From the IMG/VR virus record IMGVR_UViG_3300025141_000020, positions 1 through 64,000 of that record: a DNA stretch of 64,000 nucleotides. One strand, given 5' to 3'. Under the pieces are notes generated by a model that did not search any database, was not told the DNA's origin, and worked only from the letters and a program-made list of their open reading frames with translations. This document shows, one piece after another, positions 35,138 through 45,308 of the stretch. Both the position numbers and the translations under genes were made by a program. Position 1 is the stretch's first letter; each line of letters opens with the position of its first letter.

Positions 35138-36325
35138 TTAGAATTTCATTTTCAAAGTAAAGTTTGAGGGTGTGTTTTTTAGTTTTTTGATGGGTCTGTC
35201 TGTGTCAACTACTCCGATTAATTGATTTCTGTCATCGTACAAACCTATTTGTGTTATATATGTCGCTCCTACATCTGACATATTCCAAATATTATGTACC
35301 TCACCAAAAGGTGTTTTAAACTGCATTCCAGTATTTGTCCCCCCTGCTCCATAATAAGGGGCCTCTGCACTTGCCGCCGTTTGATTTTCTGTAACATAGA
35401 ACTCTCCTGAATCGGCAACAATATTTACCGTCAACACCCATTCTTTTTCAAAAGAGTAGTATTGACTCTGAGCTGATGTACTAGCTGTAAAATGTAAGTT
35501 AGTAAATCCTGATGAATCTCCCTCATAAAGAGTTGTGTTATCTTCAGTTCCACAACTATAACAAAAGTTGTTAACTAGGGTTGGGTGTGTTATAACCATG
35601 AATCCCATATCTAAATAACATATCCCTACTGGTATATCTTCAGATTGTGCGTAAGCTTTAGGTGTGTTAGAAGAAGAAACTGTATCTACAAATCTGAATG
35701 TGTCTGTAGCACCACCAGGATACCCTGTAGGTATAACCCCTGTCTGCCATCCTCCAGCCCAAGTAGCTGTGTTTACATTGGTTGCTGATAAGGTTGGTCC
35801 TGCTATTGTGTCTGAAAATAGAAATGCTCTATTAGTTGACGCTATACCTGGGTCACCTAATACATTCCCGTGTATCATTGGATTACCAAAATATGTAGCT
35901 TCTAATGAATTGTCAGAAGAAAATGCTTTAGGTTCATAATAAGAACTGTATAGTGTTTGTATTGTATAATCGTTACTTGTAATTGGGTTGTCCAGTGTAG
36001 GAAAATCAAATTTAATTGTTCTACCGTCTTGAAGTTCTCCGAATTGGCTGGAATCTATACTAACAACAATAATGTCTGATTGCATTAACCCACTAATACC
36101 ATTATTAATCCAAGTAGACGCAAAAGATTCTGTTTGTGCACAAGTTGTAGGTAAACTAAATGATGTGTATAGGTTAGAAAACGCTCTACCGTTTGTAGGA
36201 CTTCTTTGAGCTGCCGTAAATGTTAGTGAGGTCCCTGTAGCTGCTGCCCAACCATTATCTAGAAAAGGCACTAATTCAGTATTTATTAATTTTTGATTTG
36301 ATTCTATATTTTTTAATTTTCCCAT
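35138..36325 (-). CDS. Tail/baseplate structural protein
   Basis: C-terminus YITQIGLYDDRNQLIGVVDTDRPIKK resembles the tail-collar fibre (DUF3751-like) C-half; S/T/G-rich. Confidence 0.6.
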   Translation of the reverse strand: MGKLKNIESNQKLINTELVPFLDNGWAAATGTSLTFTAAQRSPTNGRAFSNLYTSFSLPTTCAQTESFASTWINNGISGLMQSDIIVVSIDSSQFGELQDGRTIKFDFPTLDNPITSNDYTIQTLYSSYYEPKAFSSDNSLEATYFGNPMIHGNVLGDPGIASTNRAFLFSDTIAGPTLSATNVNTATWAGGWQTGVIPTGYPGGATDTFRFVDTVSSSNTPKAYAQSEDIPVGICYLDMGFMVITHPTLVNNFCYSCGTEDNTTLYEGDSSGFTNLHFTASTSAQSQYYSFEKEWVLTVNIVADSGEFYVTENQTAASAEAPYYGAGGTNTGMQFKTPFGEVHNIWNMSDVGATYITQIGLYDDRNQLIGVVDTDRPIKKLKNTPSNFTLKMKF

Positions 36326-36326
36326 T

Positions 36327-36722
36327 TTACGTCCAAGTTTTAGTGTTATTATTTAAGCTTAATGATATTTTATTAGACCCTATGTTAAGTTTTAAAATAT
36401 GGTAAGGGCTTGCTTTTGTGTCTAATCTTTCATTACTAGAATTAGCTGGAAATACAGTAGTTTTGGTTATTTTTGAGTTTGCTGGGTAATCCACATAAAA
36501 AGTTTTTGCTTTCTCCGTAGAATTATTTAATGAAATATATTTTGACGCTGCATACGAAGCCCCATATTCTGCCGGCGTACCAAAAAACCTCAATCCACTT
36601 GTTGCTACTTTATCATGATATCTAATTCCACCACCCATCTTGATTGAATCGAAATATACTAGGCCATTATTTTCAGTACCAAGACTATTTGCTCTAAACC
36701 ATTTTAACGCTTCTATATTCAT
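36327..36722 (-). CDS. Hypothetical protein in the structural operon
   Basis: Tight tiling. Confidence 0.6.
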   Translation of the reverse strand: MNIEALKWFRANSLGTENNGLVYFDSIKMGGGIRYHDKVATSGLRFFGTPAEYGASYAASKYISLNNSTEKAKTFYVDYPANSKITKTTVFPANSSNERLDTKASPYHILKLNIGSNKISLSLNNNTKTWT

Positions 36723-36723
36723 T

Positions 36724-38619
36724 TTAATTTGCTTTTATTTCTTTCCCATTTATTAATTTACGGAATAATCTTTTACCTGTGCTTGTCTCATAAGAAGTTG
36801 TTCCACTAGTTGTGTATCCATACCCTCTCGGGTCTTCTGAGTAACTATCTTTGGTTTCTCCGTCTTCACCATAAAATCTAAATACAGCGTTATCATATAT
36901 ACTATAAAAATTCTGAGATGCCGCATTTTTATATGGTATAGATTCTAGTATAGCCCCTTTATTAAATATAAAATTAACTGTCACATTAAGTGGTGTGGTG
37001 TTGCCCTTTGCTTGGGCTGTTTCTAGTACCAAACTTATCGGTATAGAGACATTATAATTATCTATACTGTCACCACTTAACCCACTTTTATATCCTCCGC
37101 TATATTTGTTAGTACTCCAAAAACTATTAGATTGTGAGGATATACCTACAAACATATCGTCGGCCATTTTTAACATTCTACCTAATAATGTGTAGTGTGG
37201 GTCTGTCCCCGCTGCTACCCTACTGGGTGATGTTGGTTGTCCTCCTGCTTGTGATGGGAAAACATTAAATAGTGCACCAGAGGATTTAAATCCATTTTGT
37301 GTAGTATTCCAATTAGAACTATATTCCATTAAACCTATTACCCTACCATAAGCATCACTAGGATTTTCCGTGTCTGTTATTTTTATCCCTTTGGCTCCTG
37401 AGTTATTTATATTCAATAAATCACCATTTGCTTCTGTCATCATGAAAGGTGGTATGGGGTAATAGACTGGACTTAAACTAGAAGTAGCTACATCCAAAAC
37501 TAACCTTGCTGCTGGTAAGGTCGTGTCTATATTTTTATAACCATCGGAATCTAGAGCGTCTACTGATAGTGCTGCTTCCATATCTGTTGTAGTCACAAAA
37601 CCAACATATGTATCTCTTATATTTGTACTTTCTCCTGCCCAACCATTAATCTTATTATCCATAATAAATTTAGGGTAGACATTTCCAACTGTATTCCAAG
37701 GTACCATTCCACCAACATTTAAATACCCCCAATCAAAAGCTCCTAAACCAAGACTTGCTTCTCCAGCTCCCGCCTTATAAGCTCTTGTAGTGTTATTTAG
37801 ACTTGGTGAAAAGAATAGTGAAAATGGGGAAGCTTGTTTAAGTCCTTTAATTGTTGTTCCATTGTATTCTATACCTGTTTGTTGGCCATTAGCTCCATTC
37901 CTGATAAATGCTCCTCCAGCTACAACTAACGAATTATAATAATCATAGTCCTTCTTTAATACCATCTTTATGTTTTCTGGTTCTAGTGACGTTCCGTCAT
38001 AAACTTTTACAGAATCCCATATATTTCCATACATACCTAAACCATATTCTGATAGCTTTTGCAAAAATTGTGAATATTCACCTTTAGTGTCAATACCTAA
38101 CCCAGTTTCAAAATATGTGGTTGCTGAACCCACAATAGTAGATGAATTAATTGATAGTGTGTCCTTATAATCAGCTACATACCTAAAAGCAAATAATTTA
38201 TGTAAGACAAATAAATCATGTACATAATAATCTATAACACATGTATCTCTATAATATTTCATATTTCCATTAGGTTGTCTCATCCCTAAGGCTACATATT
38301 TTTTATCTGTTGCTTGAACTTGGGTCTTTTCTGGTTTTGCCCATACATTATCTCGGACTTTATAACCATCATTTACTGCGTTTCTGAATGTAGTTTTGTC
38401 ACCAGTAACATCAGGAAGGTAACCTAATTGTGCGGAGTCGTTGGATGTGGCGGATGTGTCAGAATGTGCTTGTGTATTTCTATAATCTATATCACTATCT
38501 GATATACCAAATTTAGTAAATAAGTTAATTACATTGCCCGCGTTAAGTACACGACTTCTACCCAAATCGGTCAGTTGTATATTTAATGTTGTTGTTGTTG
38601 CACTACTTATAAATCCCAT
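36724..38619 (-). CDS. Tail/baseplate structural protein
   Basis: N-terminus LTDLGRSRVL...FTKFGISDSDIDY shared with the two upstream paralogs. Confidence 0.6.
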   Translation of the reverse strand: MGFISSATTTTLNIQLTDLGRSRVLNAGNVINLFTKFGISDSDIDYRNTQAHSDTSATSNDSAQLGYLPDVTGDKTTFRNAVNDGYKVRDNVWAKPEKTQVQATDKKYVALGMRQPNGNMKYYRDTCVIDYYVHDLFVLHKLFAFRYVADYKDTLSINSSTIVGSATTYFETGLGIDTKGEYSQFLQKLSEYGLGMYGNIWDSVKVYDGTSLEPENIKMVLKKDYDYYNSLVVAGGAFIRNGANGQQTGIEYNGTTIKGLKQASPFSLFFSPSLNNTTRAYKAGAGEASLGLGAFDWGYLNVGGMVPWNTVGNVYPKFIMDNKINGWAGESTNIRDTYVGFVTTTDMEAALSVDALDSDGYKNIDTTLPAARLVLDVATSSLSPVYYPIPPFMMTEANGDLLNINNSGAKGIKITDTENPSDAYGRVIGLMEYSSNWNTTQNGFKSSGALFNVFPSQAGGQPTSPSRVAAGTDPHYTLLGRMLKMADDMFVGISSQSNSFWSTNKYSGGYKSGLSGDSIDNYNVSIPISLVLETAQAKGNTTPLNVTVNFIFNKGAILESIPYKNAASQNFYSIYDNAVFRFYGEDGETKDSYSEDPRGYGYTTSGTTSYETSTGKRLFRKLINGKEIKAN

Positions 38620-38671
38620 ATTATTATCTTCTTATTATATAATTATCTAATTATCTAGTTTATTTTAACTA

Positions 38672-39451
38672 CTACATACATTTTGTACAACCCCCACTGC
38701 AAGTAGATTTTTCACCTAATTTATCACATAACATACAGTATATTTCATCATCTAAACAATAATCAAAATAGTTAGCTCCTGTAGATACCAAACATTTGTT
38801 AAGATATCCTAAATCTGCTATGTCAACTTTTCCGTCTCCATTAAAATCACCAATTAAGTCTTCCCCTTCTTCTGCAGTAGAACCTAGTAAATTAATTAAT
38901 AATTTAAAGTCTTCTTTATCTACAATTCCATTTCCATTAAAATCTGCACATGCGGTACAATACGTTGGGAAAAAATTTATTACTGATGACCCTACTGTCC
39001 AACAAGTATTAAACATACCTGTTGATGGTTCGTCTATACCATTTACTGTTTTTGATGGGTGGTAATTTGCCCATAATGTTGATTTAACCGGATTAGTTCC
39101 TATCCCTTGGTCATAAGTAATCACTCTATTGTCTTTAACCTCACAACTAGGGCCAACCATAACTGCTGATAGTGTGCCATAATTAACTTCGGTATCGGCC
39201 TGAACCCTACCTCTACTAGCTGGAATATCATAAAAACAACTAGTGGTTAGTGCACTTAAATCTACATCTGATACACAACTACCATCACCCACAAATCTAC
39301 GATAATCAATATCTGAATCTGATAATCCAAATTTTTTTATAGCGTCTACAAACCCACTGCCAGTAGTTAATAGTGTTTTACCGTAATCTGATAGATATAA
39401 TTTAAATGTATTACCAGAGAGTGTTACGTTATGTATGTTTAAATATGCCAT
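38672..39451 (-). CDS. Tail/baseplate protein with a dockerin-like paired Ca-binding domain
   Basis: N-terminus LSDYGKTLL...KFGLSDSDIDY; ADFNGNGIVDKEDFKLL and GDFNGDGKVDIADLGYL; Cys-rich tail. Confidence 0.7.
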   Translation of the reverse strand: MAYLNIHNVTLSGNTFKLYLSDYGKTLLTTGSGFVDAIKKFGLSDSDIDYRRFVGDGSCVSDVDLSALTTSCFYDIPASRGRVQADTEVNYGTLSAVMVGPSCEVKDNRVITYDQGIGTNPVKSTLWANYHPSKTVNGIDEPSTGMFNTCWTVGSSVINFFPTYCTACADFNGNGIVDKEDFKLLINLLGSTAEEGEDLIGDFNGDGKVDIADLGYLNKCLVSTGANYFDYCLDDEIYCMLCDKLGEKSTCSGGCTKCM

Positions 39452-39452
39452 T

Positions 39453-41849
39453 TTAAAAATCTATAGTTATAACAAATTGTTGTTGTCCATCTCTTTCTAC
39501 TGGTGATTGTAGTTTTGCTATCGCCATTAAATCTGGGAAACCGTTTTCATTATCATATAAACCTATTTCACTTATTTTAGGTTTTGTGCTATTTCCTGCA
39601 ATAGCGTTATAATTTACAAATGTCGGATTAACTGAGTTAGTAAATGACATAGTACCTGTGCCTAAAGAGACAACGTGTCTCATCTCATATATAGTTGCCA
39701 TAATATCCGTCTCTATTGTACCATAAAAGAAGTATTCGTCACCAAATTGTAATTGAGTTGCACCCAATGTGCTTGCAGGTGGTACTGATACAAAATCATT
39801 GTATGTATACCCAGTTGGTGTTGTTGGGTATGGACATGGTGCTCCTAGTGTGTCGTTACCTGTTAGATAAACTGTTGTACCAACTAAATTACTTGCTGAT
39901 ATAGCGGTTCCTACTACGTGGTTAGGTATGTCTGCTGTCATATCTAAATATTCCCACGCTCCTGGTAATGGGTCACCACCAGTTGTTATTTGAAATAGTA
40001 TGAGTAGTCTGTTTGCTTCAAATCCTAATCCTCCACTAGCTGATAAATCTTTTAAGTATGGAAACTCTTGACCGAAGGTTATGCCTACATCAAATAAAGT
40101 GTCGTTAGGTCCTAAAGTCTCATAAACATAGTAATTACAATGCATCCCCGTCATTCCCGCGGTATCGTCTGCTAACATATAAGTTATATAAACTCTATCG
40201 TACGTACTTTGAACTACTCCTTGTGTGCATCCAGACCCAGAACATCCAGTGCCCGCATCTATTTTACTTGTTCCTGGAGCGGGTAGTGTATAGCTTCTAT
40301 TAGATTTATATGACATGGCCGTTAATAACTCTTGGTCGTCTATAATTACAGTTTTATAATCTGGAAATACTTTACCTACAGTATTAGGTGTATTACCACT
40401 ACCAATATTATCATCAGTTAGAGGGTAATACCTAAGACCATCATCATTCATGTTTAGATTTTTATTGGATAGCATCACATTAGGCGTTGGGTTAAATGAG
40501 CTATTTATTGGTGGGTCAACATAAAATGTTTGCCCTAGTATTGTCTCGTCTCCCATACCTGTCCCTGTACCTGAACCAAAATTATCTTTTTTATGCCACA
40601 TTAACCAAGGCATATGTAATTTAAAGTTCCTTGCCGCTCCCATATTATTAATATTTCCAGCGAAATTATAAGCTTCTAAAGCAAATTTTTCGCCATAAAA
40701 ATCAGTAGTAGAGTTATTTGTGTAGTGTATAATCCCAATACATTTCTGTTGTTCTGGAAGTACAACTCTTGGTTTGTCCTGTGAATCATAGTACCATGTA
40801 CCACCAATTGTACCATGATATGCATCCACATCTTGTAAACTAAAACTTTGTCCATTGTTACTACCATAACCAAAATATTCTTTACTACCACAATAACCAC
40901 TTGAGCCATATTTATTAACGTCTTCGTATCCTGAAGTAATTCCAGCTACACTCTCAGACCAATTTATATTCATATTCCAAATTTTAGCGTCATTTGTTGA
41001 TACACTACAGCAATCGTTATAAGAGAGTGTGTCGTCACACCAATAAGATGTGGCATTTGCTATATTGTATATACTACCTACTGTGGTCATTGGATTACCG
41101 GAAACTGCTGGATATACTCTCATAGCTACACAATTAGATACAACCCCTTCAGAAGCATAGTCTGGCACATCCCTATCTAAAGTTAATACTATTGTACCTG
41201 TGGTAGCTGTGTAGTATGTTGCACTAACAACTTGATAAAATAGTGTTGGTCCAGCCGCTGAATAAACTAATTCTGAACAACCATTACCTGAAAATGTGTA
41301 AGATATAGATACTATATCACCTACTAGTGGGGCATAAACTTGTGAGCTACAAGCGCCTGATGTCAGAACAACTGTACTAGTTCCAGACATACCTGAAGAA
41401 CACACATTCCAGTTTGATGACAAGGTATAGTAACTATTTGTATTTGCACTAAAGTTGTGGTCTCCAGCTGTATTAATATAGGGCCCCAATGCTGGCACAC
41501 TAAAAAATCCTCTTGTGGTTGCACTATTATACACTTCTTCTATATTATGTTGTGGTATTGTTGGGCCAAATGTGTCTGTAGTATTAATTCCGCCATTTAA
41601 AGGGTATTTTATATGACCTTTATTTTTTGCTGGATAAGGATTCAAATTTTGTGCATTATGTTCAGCTTGTAGAATATTTAACTCTGCGTAAGCTATAGGT
41701 AGGGTATTATAACAATCATAACAAACTTCACTGTCTCCTAATTGGAATAATCCTATATTTAATTTACCTTCTGAAAGTTTTTTTCTTCCGGCATCTGTTA
41801 GTCTAGCTACAATTGCTCCTTGGGTACTGTTTTTAATTATATAACTCAT
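39453..41849 (-). CDS. Tail/baseplate structural protein
   Basis: N-terminal LTDAGRKKL..G...FQLGDSE and C-terminal ISEIGLYD...LMAIAKL.SPV; TATTTATA at 41865. Confidence 0.65.
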   Translation of the reverse strand: MSYIIKNSTQGAIVARLTDAGRKKLSEGKLNIGLFQLGDSEVCYDCYNTLPIAYAELNILQAEHNAQNLNPYPAKNKGHIKYPLNGGINTTDTFGPTIPQHNIEEVYNSATTRGFFSVPALGPYINTAGDHNFSANTNSYYTLSSNWNVCSSGMSGTSTVVLTSGACSSQVYAPLVGDIVSISYTFSGNGCSELVYSAAGPTLFYQVVSATYYTATTGTIVLTLDRDVPDYASEGVVSNCVAMRVYPAVSGNPMTTVGSIYNIANATSYWCDDTLSYNDCCSVSTNDAKIWNMNINWSESVAGITSGYEDVNKYGSSGYCGSKEYFGYGSNNGQSFSLQDVDAYHGTIGGTWYYDSQDKPRVVLPEQQKCIGIIHYTNNSTTDFYGEKFALEAYNFAGNINNMGAARNFKLHMPWLMWHKKDNFGSGTGTGMGDETILGQTFYVDPPINSSFNPTPNVMLSNKNLNMNDDGLRYYPLTDDNIGSGNTPNTVGKVFPDYKTVIIDDQELLTAMSYKSNRSYTLPAPGTSKIDAGTGCSGSGCTQGVVQSTYDRVYITYMLADDTAGMTGMHCNYYVYETLGPNDTLFDVGITFGQEFPYLKDLSASGGLGFEANRLLILFQITTGGDPLPGAWEYLDMTADIPNHVVGTAISASNLVGTTVYLTGNDTLGAPCPYPTTPTGYTYNDFVSVPPASTLGATQLQFGDEYFFYGTIETDIMATIYEMRHVVSLGTGTMSFTNSVNPTFVNYNAIAGNSTKPKISEIGLYDNENGFPDLMAIAKLQSPVERDGQQQFVITIDF

Positions 41850-41886
41850 ATTTTTTTCTTTATTTATAAATACATTTTATATCACT

Positions 41887-44800
41887 TTAATATGATGATT
41901 GTTGGGAATAAAATGCATCCCTACTTATTTTAAATGTAACTCTCTCTGTTTGTGAATCAGTTTGTATTGTTTTCGCGTTAAGGATTGGGTAGTATCTTCT
42001 TATTATAACATCGTAAGAATAAGTACCGAATGTCGGTAGTTTTAATGTTACTATCTCATTTATATTACCTACTGTGTTTATATCTATAGTTATTTTATAA
42101 TCTCTAACTATGGACCCATTAGAATCAAATAGCCTAACTATAATCTCGTCAATAGTCGTTTTGTCTTTATAGTAAAATACTGGTATGCTTGGGTTCTTAT
42201 CTGGTGTAAAACCTATAACAGTATAAATTGTTCTATACCATAATGTGAATGTGTCGTTAACGGTATAAGTATCTAAACTATCTAATAGTTGAATTCTTGT
42301 GTCGCTTGTTTTTTGATAATCTTTTTCTGGGTATATTAATGCCCCATTAACCGCGATTGTTACCGCACCCACAGATTGTTTATCTAGATTAATATAATAA
42401 TACCCATCCTTTTCGAATATGGTTTCTGTGGTTGTAGTGGTTACGGTAGCGGGAACTTGGAAAGTTTGTATGTCGGTACCTCCTTTGGTGTCGTATAGAA
42501 ATTGTATGTTGTCCCCGTTTTTTACAGTTTCTTTAAAGAAGACAACTAAACCTGTCGACCTATTATACTGATAGTCACCATTATTCGCGGTTATTTCTAC
42601 CCCATCAGGCCATTTTGTGGGGTTGGTGTAGTTGGTACTTCCCGATATACCTTGTTTTAGTGTTACTCCGTTTACTGCCACCAACGGGGAACTTCCAATA
42701 CTTGCACTTAACTGGTAGCTAAAATTTTGTGCACTCCATGCAAATGGAATTGCTGGATTACTACCATCCACTTCTTGCATGCTACGTACCAATACCGTAT
42801 CTGTAGCCAGTTGGTGGGTTTGTACGGGTAACTTAAAGTCATCCAGGTATAGTGTTGGTATCGGTGGATTAGTTAAGACTGTCATGTATAAATCTTTATC
42901 ATAATCTATTTTTTTACTAGGTGGGTATTGAGCTGTATCAAACCATAGTTCTGTTTTAGCTTTTTTATCTTTAGTTAAGTAGCTAGGTCTAATAATATAT
43001 TCCCATGATTCGGTAGTTGATAATGCTGAAAATGGAATCTCTGTAGTACCTGTACATATAATACCTCCTGTTGCACTATCCACACCACAAGGCAATGTAT
43101 CAAACATAAATTCGTAATCGGGTAGTGTTGCTACTTCCTCTGTTTCAAAAACATATGGATATATCCTATATTTAGGATAACTGTTACCAAAAATTAAATC
43201 GTCTGTATTGCCACCAAAATAGAAAGTCATTTCTTTTGATGTGTCTGTACTTGCGTTGTAGATTGGTAACGCTGGCATATTACCAATTGTAGTTATTGGG
43301 GTTACGCTCGGGCTAGATAACCCTGGTATGGTTGTTGTTGGTTGTGGAGTACTTTGTAATGTTACATTAACTTTTGGTCGTATTACGGGTACCCCTTTAT
43401 TGCACCTGTTGTTGGTTGTGGGTCTACACTTTTGTGTGGTTATTATGTTTGATGTTGAGGCACTCGTTGCTAACACGCTTACTGTTGTAGATGGGCCCTC
43501 TAAATTAGATTTAAAGGTCATGTGATACCAATTTGCCTGTGGTTGTGACGTCTGATACATACCAATTCTTCCAGGTAATTTATATTTTAATAAGGAATTA
43601 TTATCTACCCATTCTGGTGCTGAGGCACTATTACCTGACCACGTAAGACTATTATTTAAATCAAAATTAATGTCATACACAGAATTATATGGTCTTGCAT
43701 CCCCTATGCTACCATTAAGTGGGTCTGTAAATTCTATTTTAAATCTAGTATTAGCTCTAGTAATCTTAATCCTAAGTCCTTGTACGGATGCCCAAGTACC
43801 ACCACTTGTTAGTGGTGATGTTGTTCCAGAGTTTGTTAGTATCATAGTTTGACCGTAGTCTGATGCCGCGGAGTAAGTAGTAGAGATGCAACCACCATTA
43901 CACTCCCTAAAATTAGGGCTTGTGTATCTATTGAATGCGTACGCACTCATATGAGAATTATTTCTTACTGATACTTGTCCTGTACTAGTTCTCATACTTA
44001 AAGATAATGAGTGTCTTACACCTATTGGTCCATATAACCCCAATGTATCTCTAAATGAATGTAGTAATAAAGCTATTGTATCGTCATCACTAGATGTTGA
44101 GTTTACCGTGACTTCCCATTCATAGTTGTCAGATGGGCAAGCACTAACCATACCTGTTGACTGTGAATTATTTGTGTTAGATTGTAATTTTCTCAAACTA
44201 CCAGTTAAGACATTACTAGCTAAAGCTATTTTACCATTAGAATCTACTGTTCTATCACTACCATCAACATCAATATTTCTAACTCCATAAGTACTACCTG
44301 TACACATTGAAGCTCTTGGATTGCCGTACATCCCATAGTTTTGTCTTGGGTCTATAGTTAACCATTTTACCAATGGTGTTTGTGATGTAGTCGGCCACCT
44401 AACAACAAATTTATCAATGTATTCATTATAATAAAATTTACCTATATCACCGGCAAGTGTACCAACAGTTGGTCCTATTGCGTTACCTTCCTCCATTTCT
44501 AGATTGTATGCTCCTAGATACCAATCTGTTCCTGTGTCAGTTAATCTATCTGCTGTATCTCCGGTATATAACCAGACTTTTGGGTCGTTAGAGTGTATTA
44601 CTCCGTCTTGGAATAGTCCTGTAGGTACTGAACGGTCTTCTGCCCAACCAGGCCCCCAACCTGCTTGAAATTGAAAATCGTAATCAGCGAAAGGTACGAA
44701 AGCACCCCACTTATCAAAAATTTCAGTCATTGACCACCCACTATATGTCAATCCACTATTATAATCAAATTCAGTACATCCGGAACTAAACTCAATATTG

Positions 44801-45300
44801 TCAACTGTAGGTCTATTTTCAACCATAGTAACACTATATACACCATTATCTAGATTGTTGAAAGTATATGTTGTGTCCGCTGAGGTTCCGTAATAAATGT
44901 CTATTAATTTATCGGATTTTCTTAGCTCATACCTAAAATACTCCCCTAATGTTGTAGCGGTAGTTACGGCTATACTACATTTCTTGTTTGTGTCCGTAAC
45001 ACATGAATTGTCTGATAGACTTACAGTAAGAGTTGGTTTAACTAGTCCACTTATGGTAAATGTGGTGGACCCGGTCTCCCCTACAATGTCAGTTATAGTT
45101 CCAGTATAATCACCTTCACATAGATTATACACCCCAAAAGTGTCTGCGGTATAAGAGTTAACTGAGCCTGACCAAGAAACACTATATGGTGAAGTCCCCC
45201 CAGAAACTGTTAACCCATTTATGTATCCACTACAAGACCCGCTTAATGTGTTTCTTAAATTATATTGACTAAAAATTATATTTCCGTTATTTGTTGGCAT
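41887..45300 (-). CDS. Putative receptor-binding/baseplate protein with a SprB-type repeat and TSP-C-like lectin domain
   Basis: G.I.LTVSGGTSPYSVSWS...NLCEGDYTGTITD (SprB repeat); VNSTSSDDDTIA...GRIGMYQTSQ..ANW (thrombospondin-C-like); C-terminal VAVNG..L...DY repeats. Confidence 0.65.
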   Translation of the reverse strand: MPTNNGNIIFSQYNLRNTLSGSCSGYINGLTVSGGTSPYSVSWSGSVNSYTADTFGVYNLCEGDYTGTITDIVGETGSTTFTISGLVKPTLTVSLSDNSCVTDTNKKCSIAVTTATTLGEYFRYELRKSDKLIDIYYGTSADTTYTFNNLDNGVYSVTMVENRPTVDNIEFSSGCTEFDYNSGLTYSGWSMTEIFDKWGAFVPFADYDFQFQAGWGPGWAEDRSVPTGLFQDGVIHSNDPKVWLYTGDTADRLTDTGTDWYLGAYNLEMEEGNAIGPTVGTLAGDIGKFYYNEYIDKFVVRWPTTSQTPLVKWLTIDPRQNYGMYGNPRASMCTGSTYGVRNIDVDGSDRTVDSNGKIALASNVLTGSLRKLQSNTNNSQSTGMVSACPSDNYEWEVTVNSTSSDDDTIALLLHSFRDTLGLYGPIGVRHSLSLSMRTSTGQVSVRNNSHMSAYAFNRYTSPNFRECNGGCISTTYSAASDYGQTMILTNSGTTSPLTSGGTWASVQGLRIKITRANTRFKIEFTDPLNGSIGDARPYNSVYDINFDLNNSLTWSGNSASAPEWVDNNSLLKYKLPGRIGMYQTSQPQANWYHMTFKSNLEGPSTTVSVLATSASTSNIITTQKCRPTTNNRCNKGVPVIRPKVNVTLQSTPQPTTTIPGLSSPSVTPITTIGNMPALPIYNASTDTSKEMTFYFGGNTDDLIFGNSYPKYRIYPYVFETEEVATLPDYEFMFDTLPCGVDSATGGIICTGTTEIPFSALSTTESWEYIIRPSYLTKDKKAKTELWFDTAQYPPSKKIDYDKDLYMTVLTNPPIPTLYLDDFKLPVQTHQLATDTVLVRSMQEVDGSNPAIPFAWSAQNFSYQLSASIGSSPLVAVNGVTLKQGISGSTNYTNPTKWPDGVEITANNGDYQYNRSTGLVVFFKETVKNGDNIQFLYDTKGGTDIQTFQVPATVTTTTTETIFEKDGYYYINLDKQSVGAVTIAVNGALIYPEKDYQKTSDTRIQLLDSLDTYTVNDTFTLWYRTIYTVIGFTPDKNPSIPVFYYKDKTTIDEIIVRLFDSNGSIVRDYKITIDINTVGNINEIVTLKLPTFGTYSYDVIIRRYYPILNAKTIQTDSQTERVTFKISRDAFYSQQSSY

Positions 45301-45308
45301 TTTCTATA

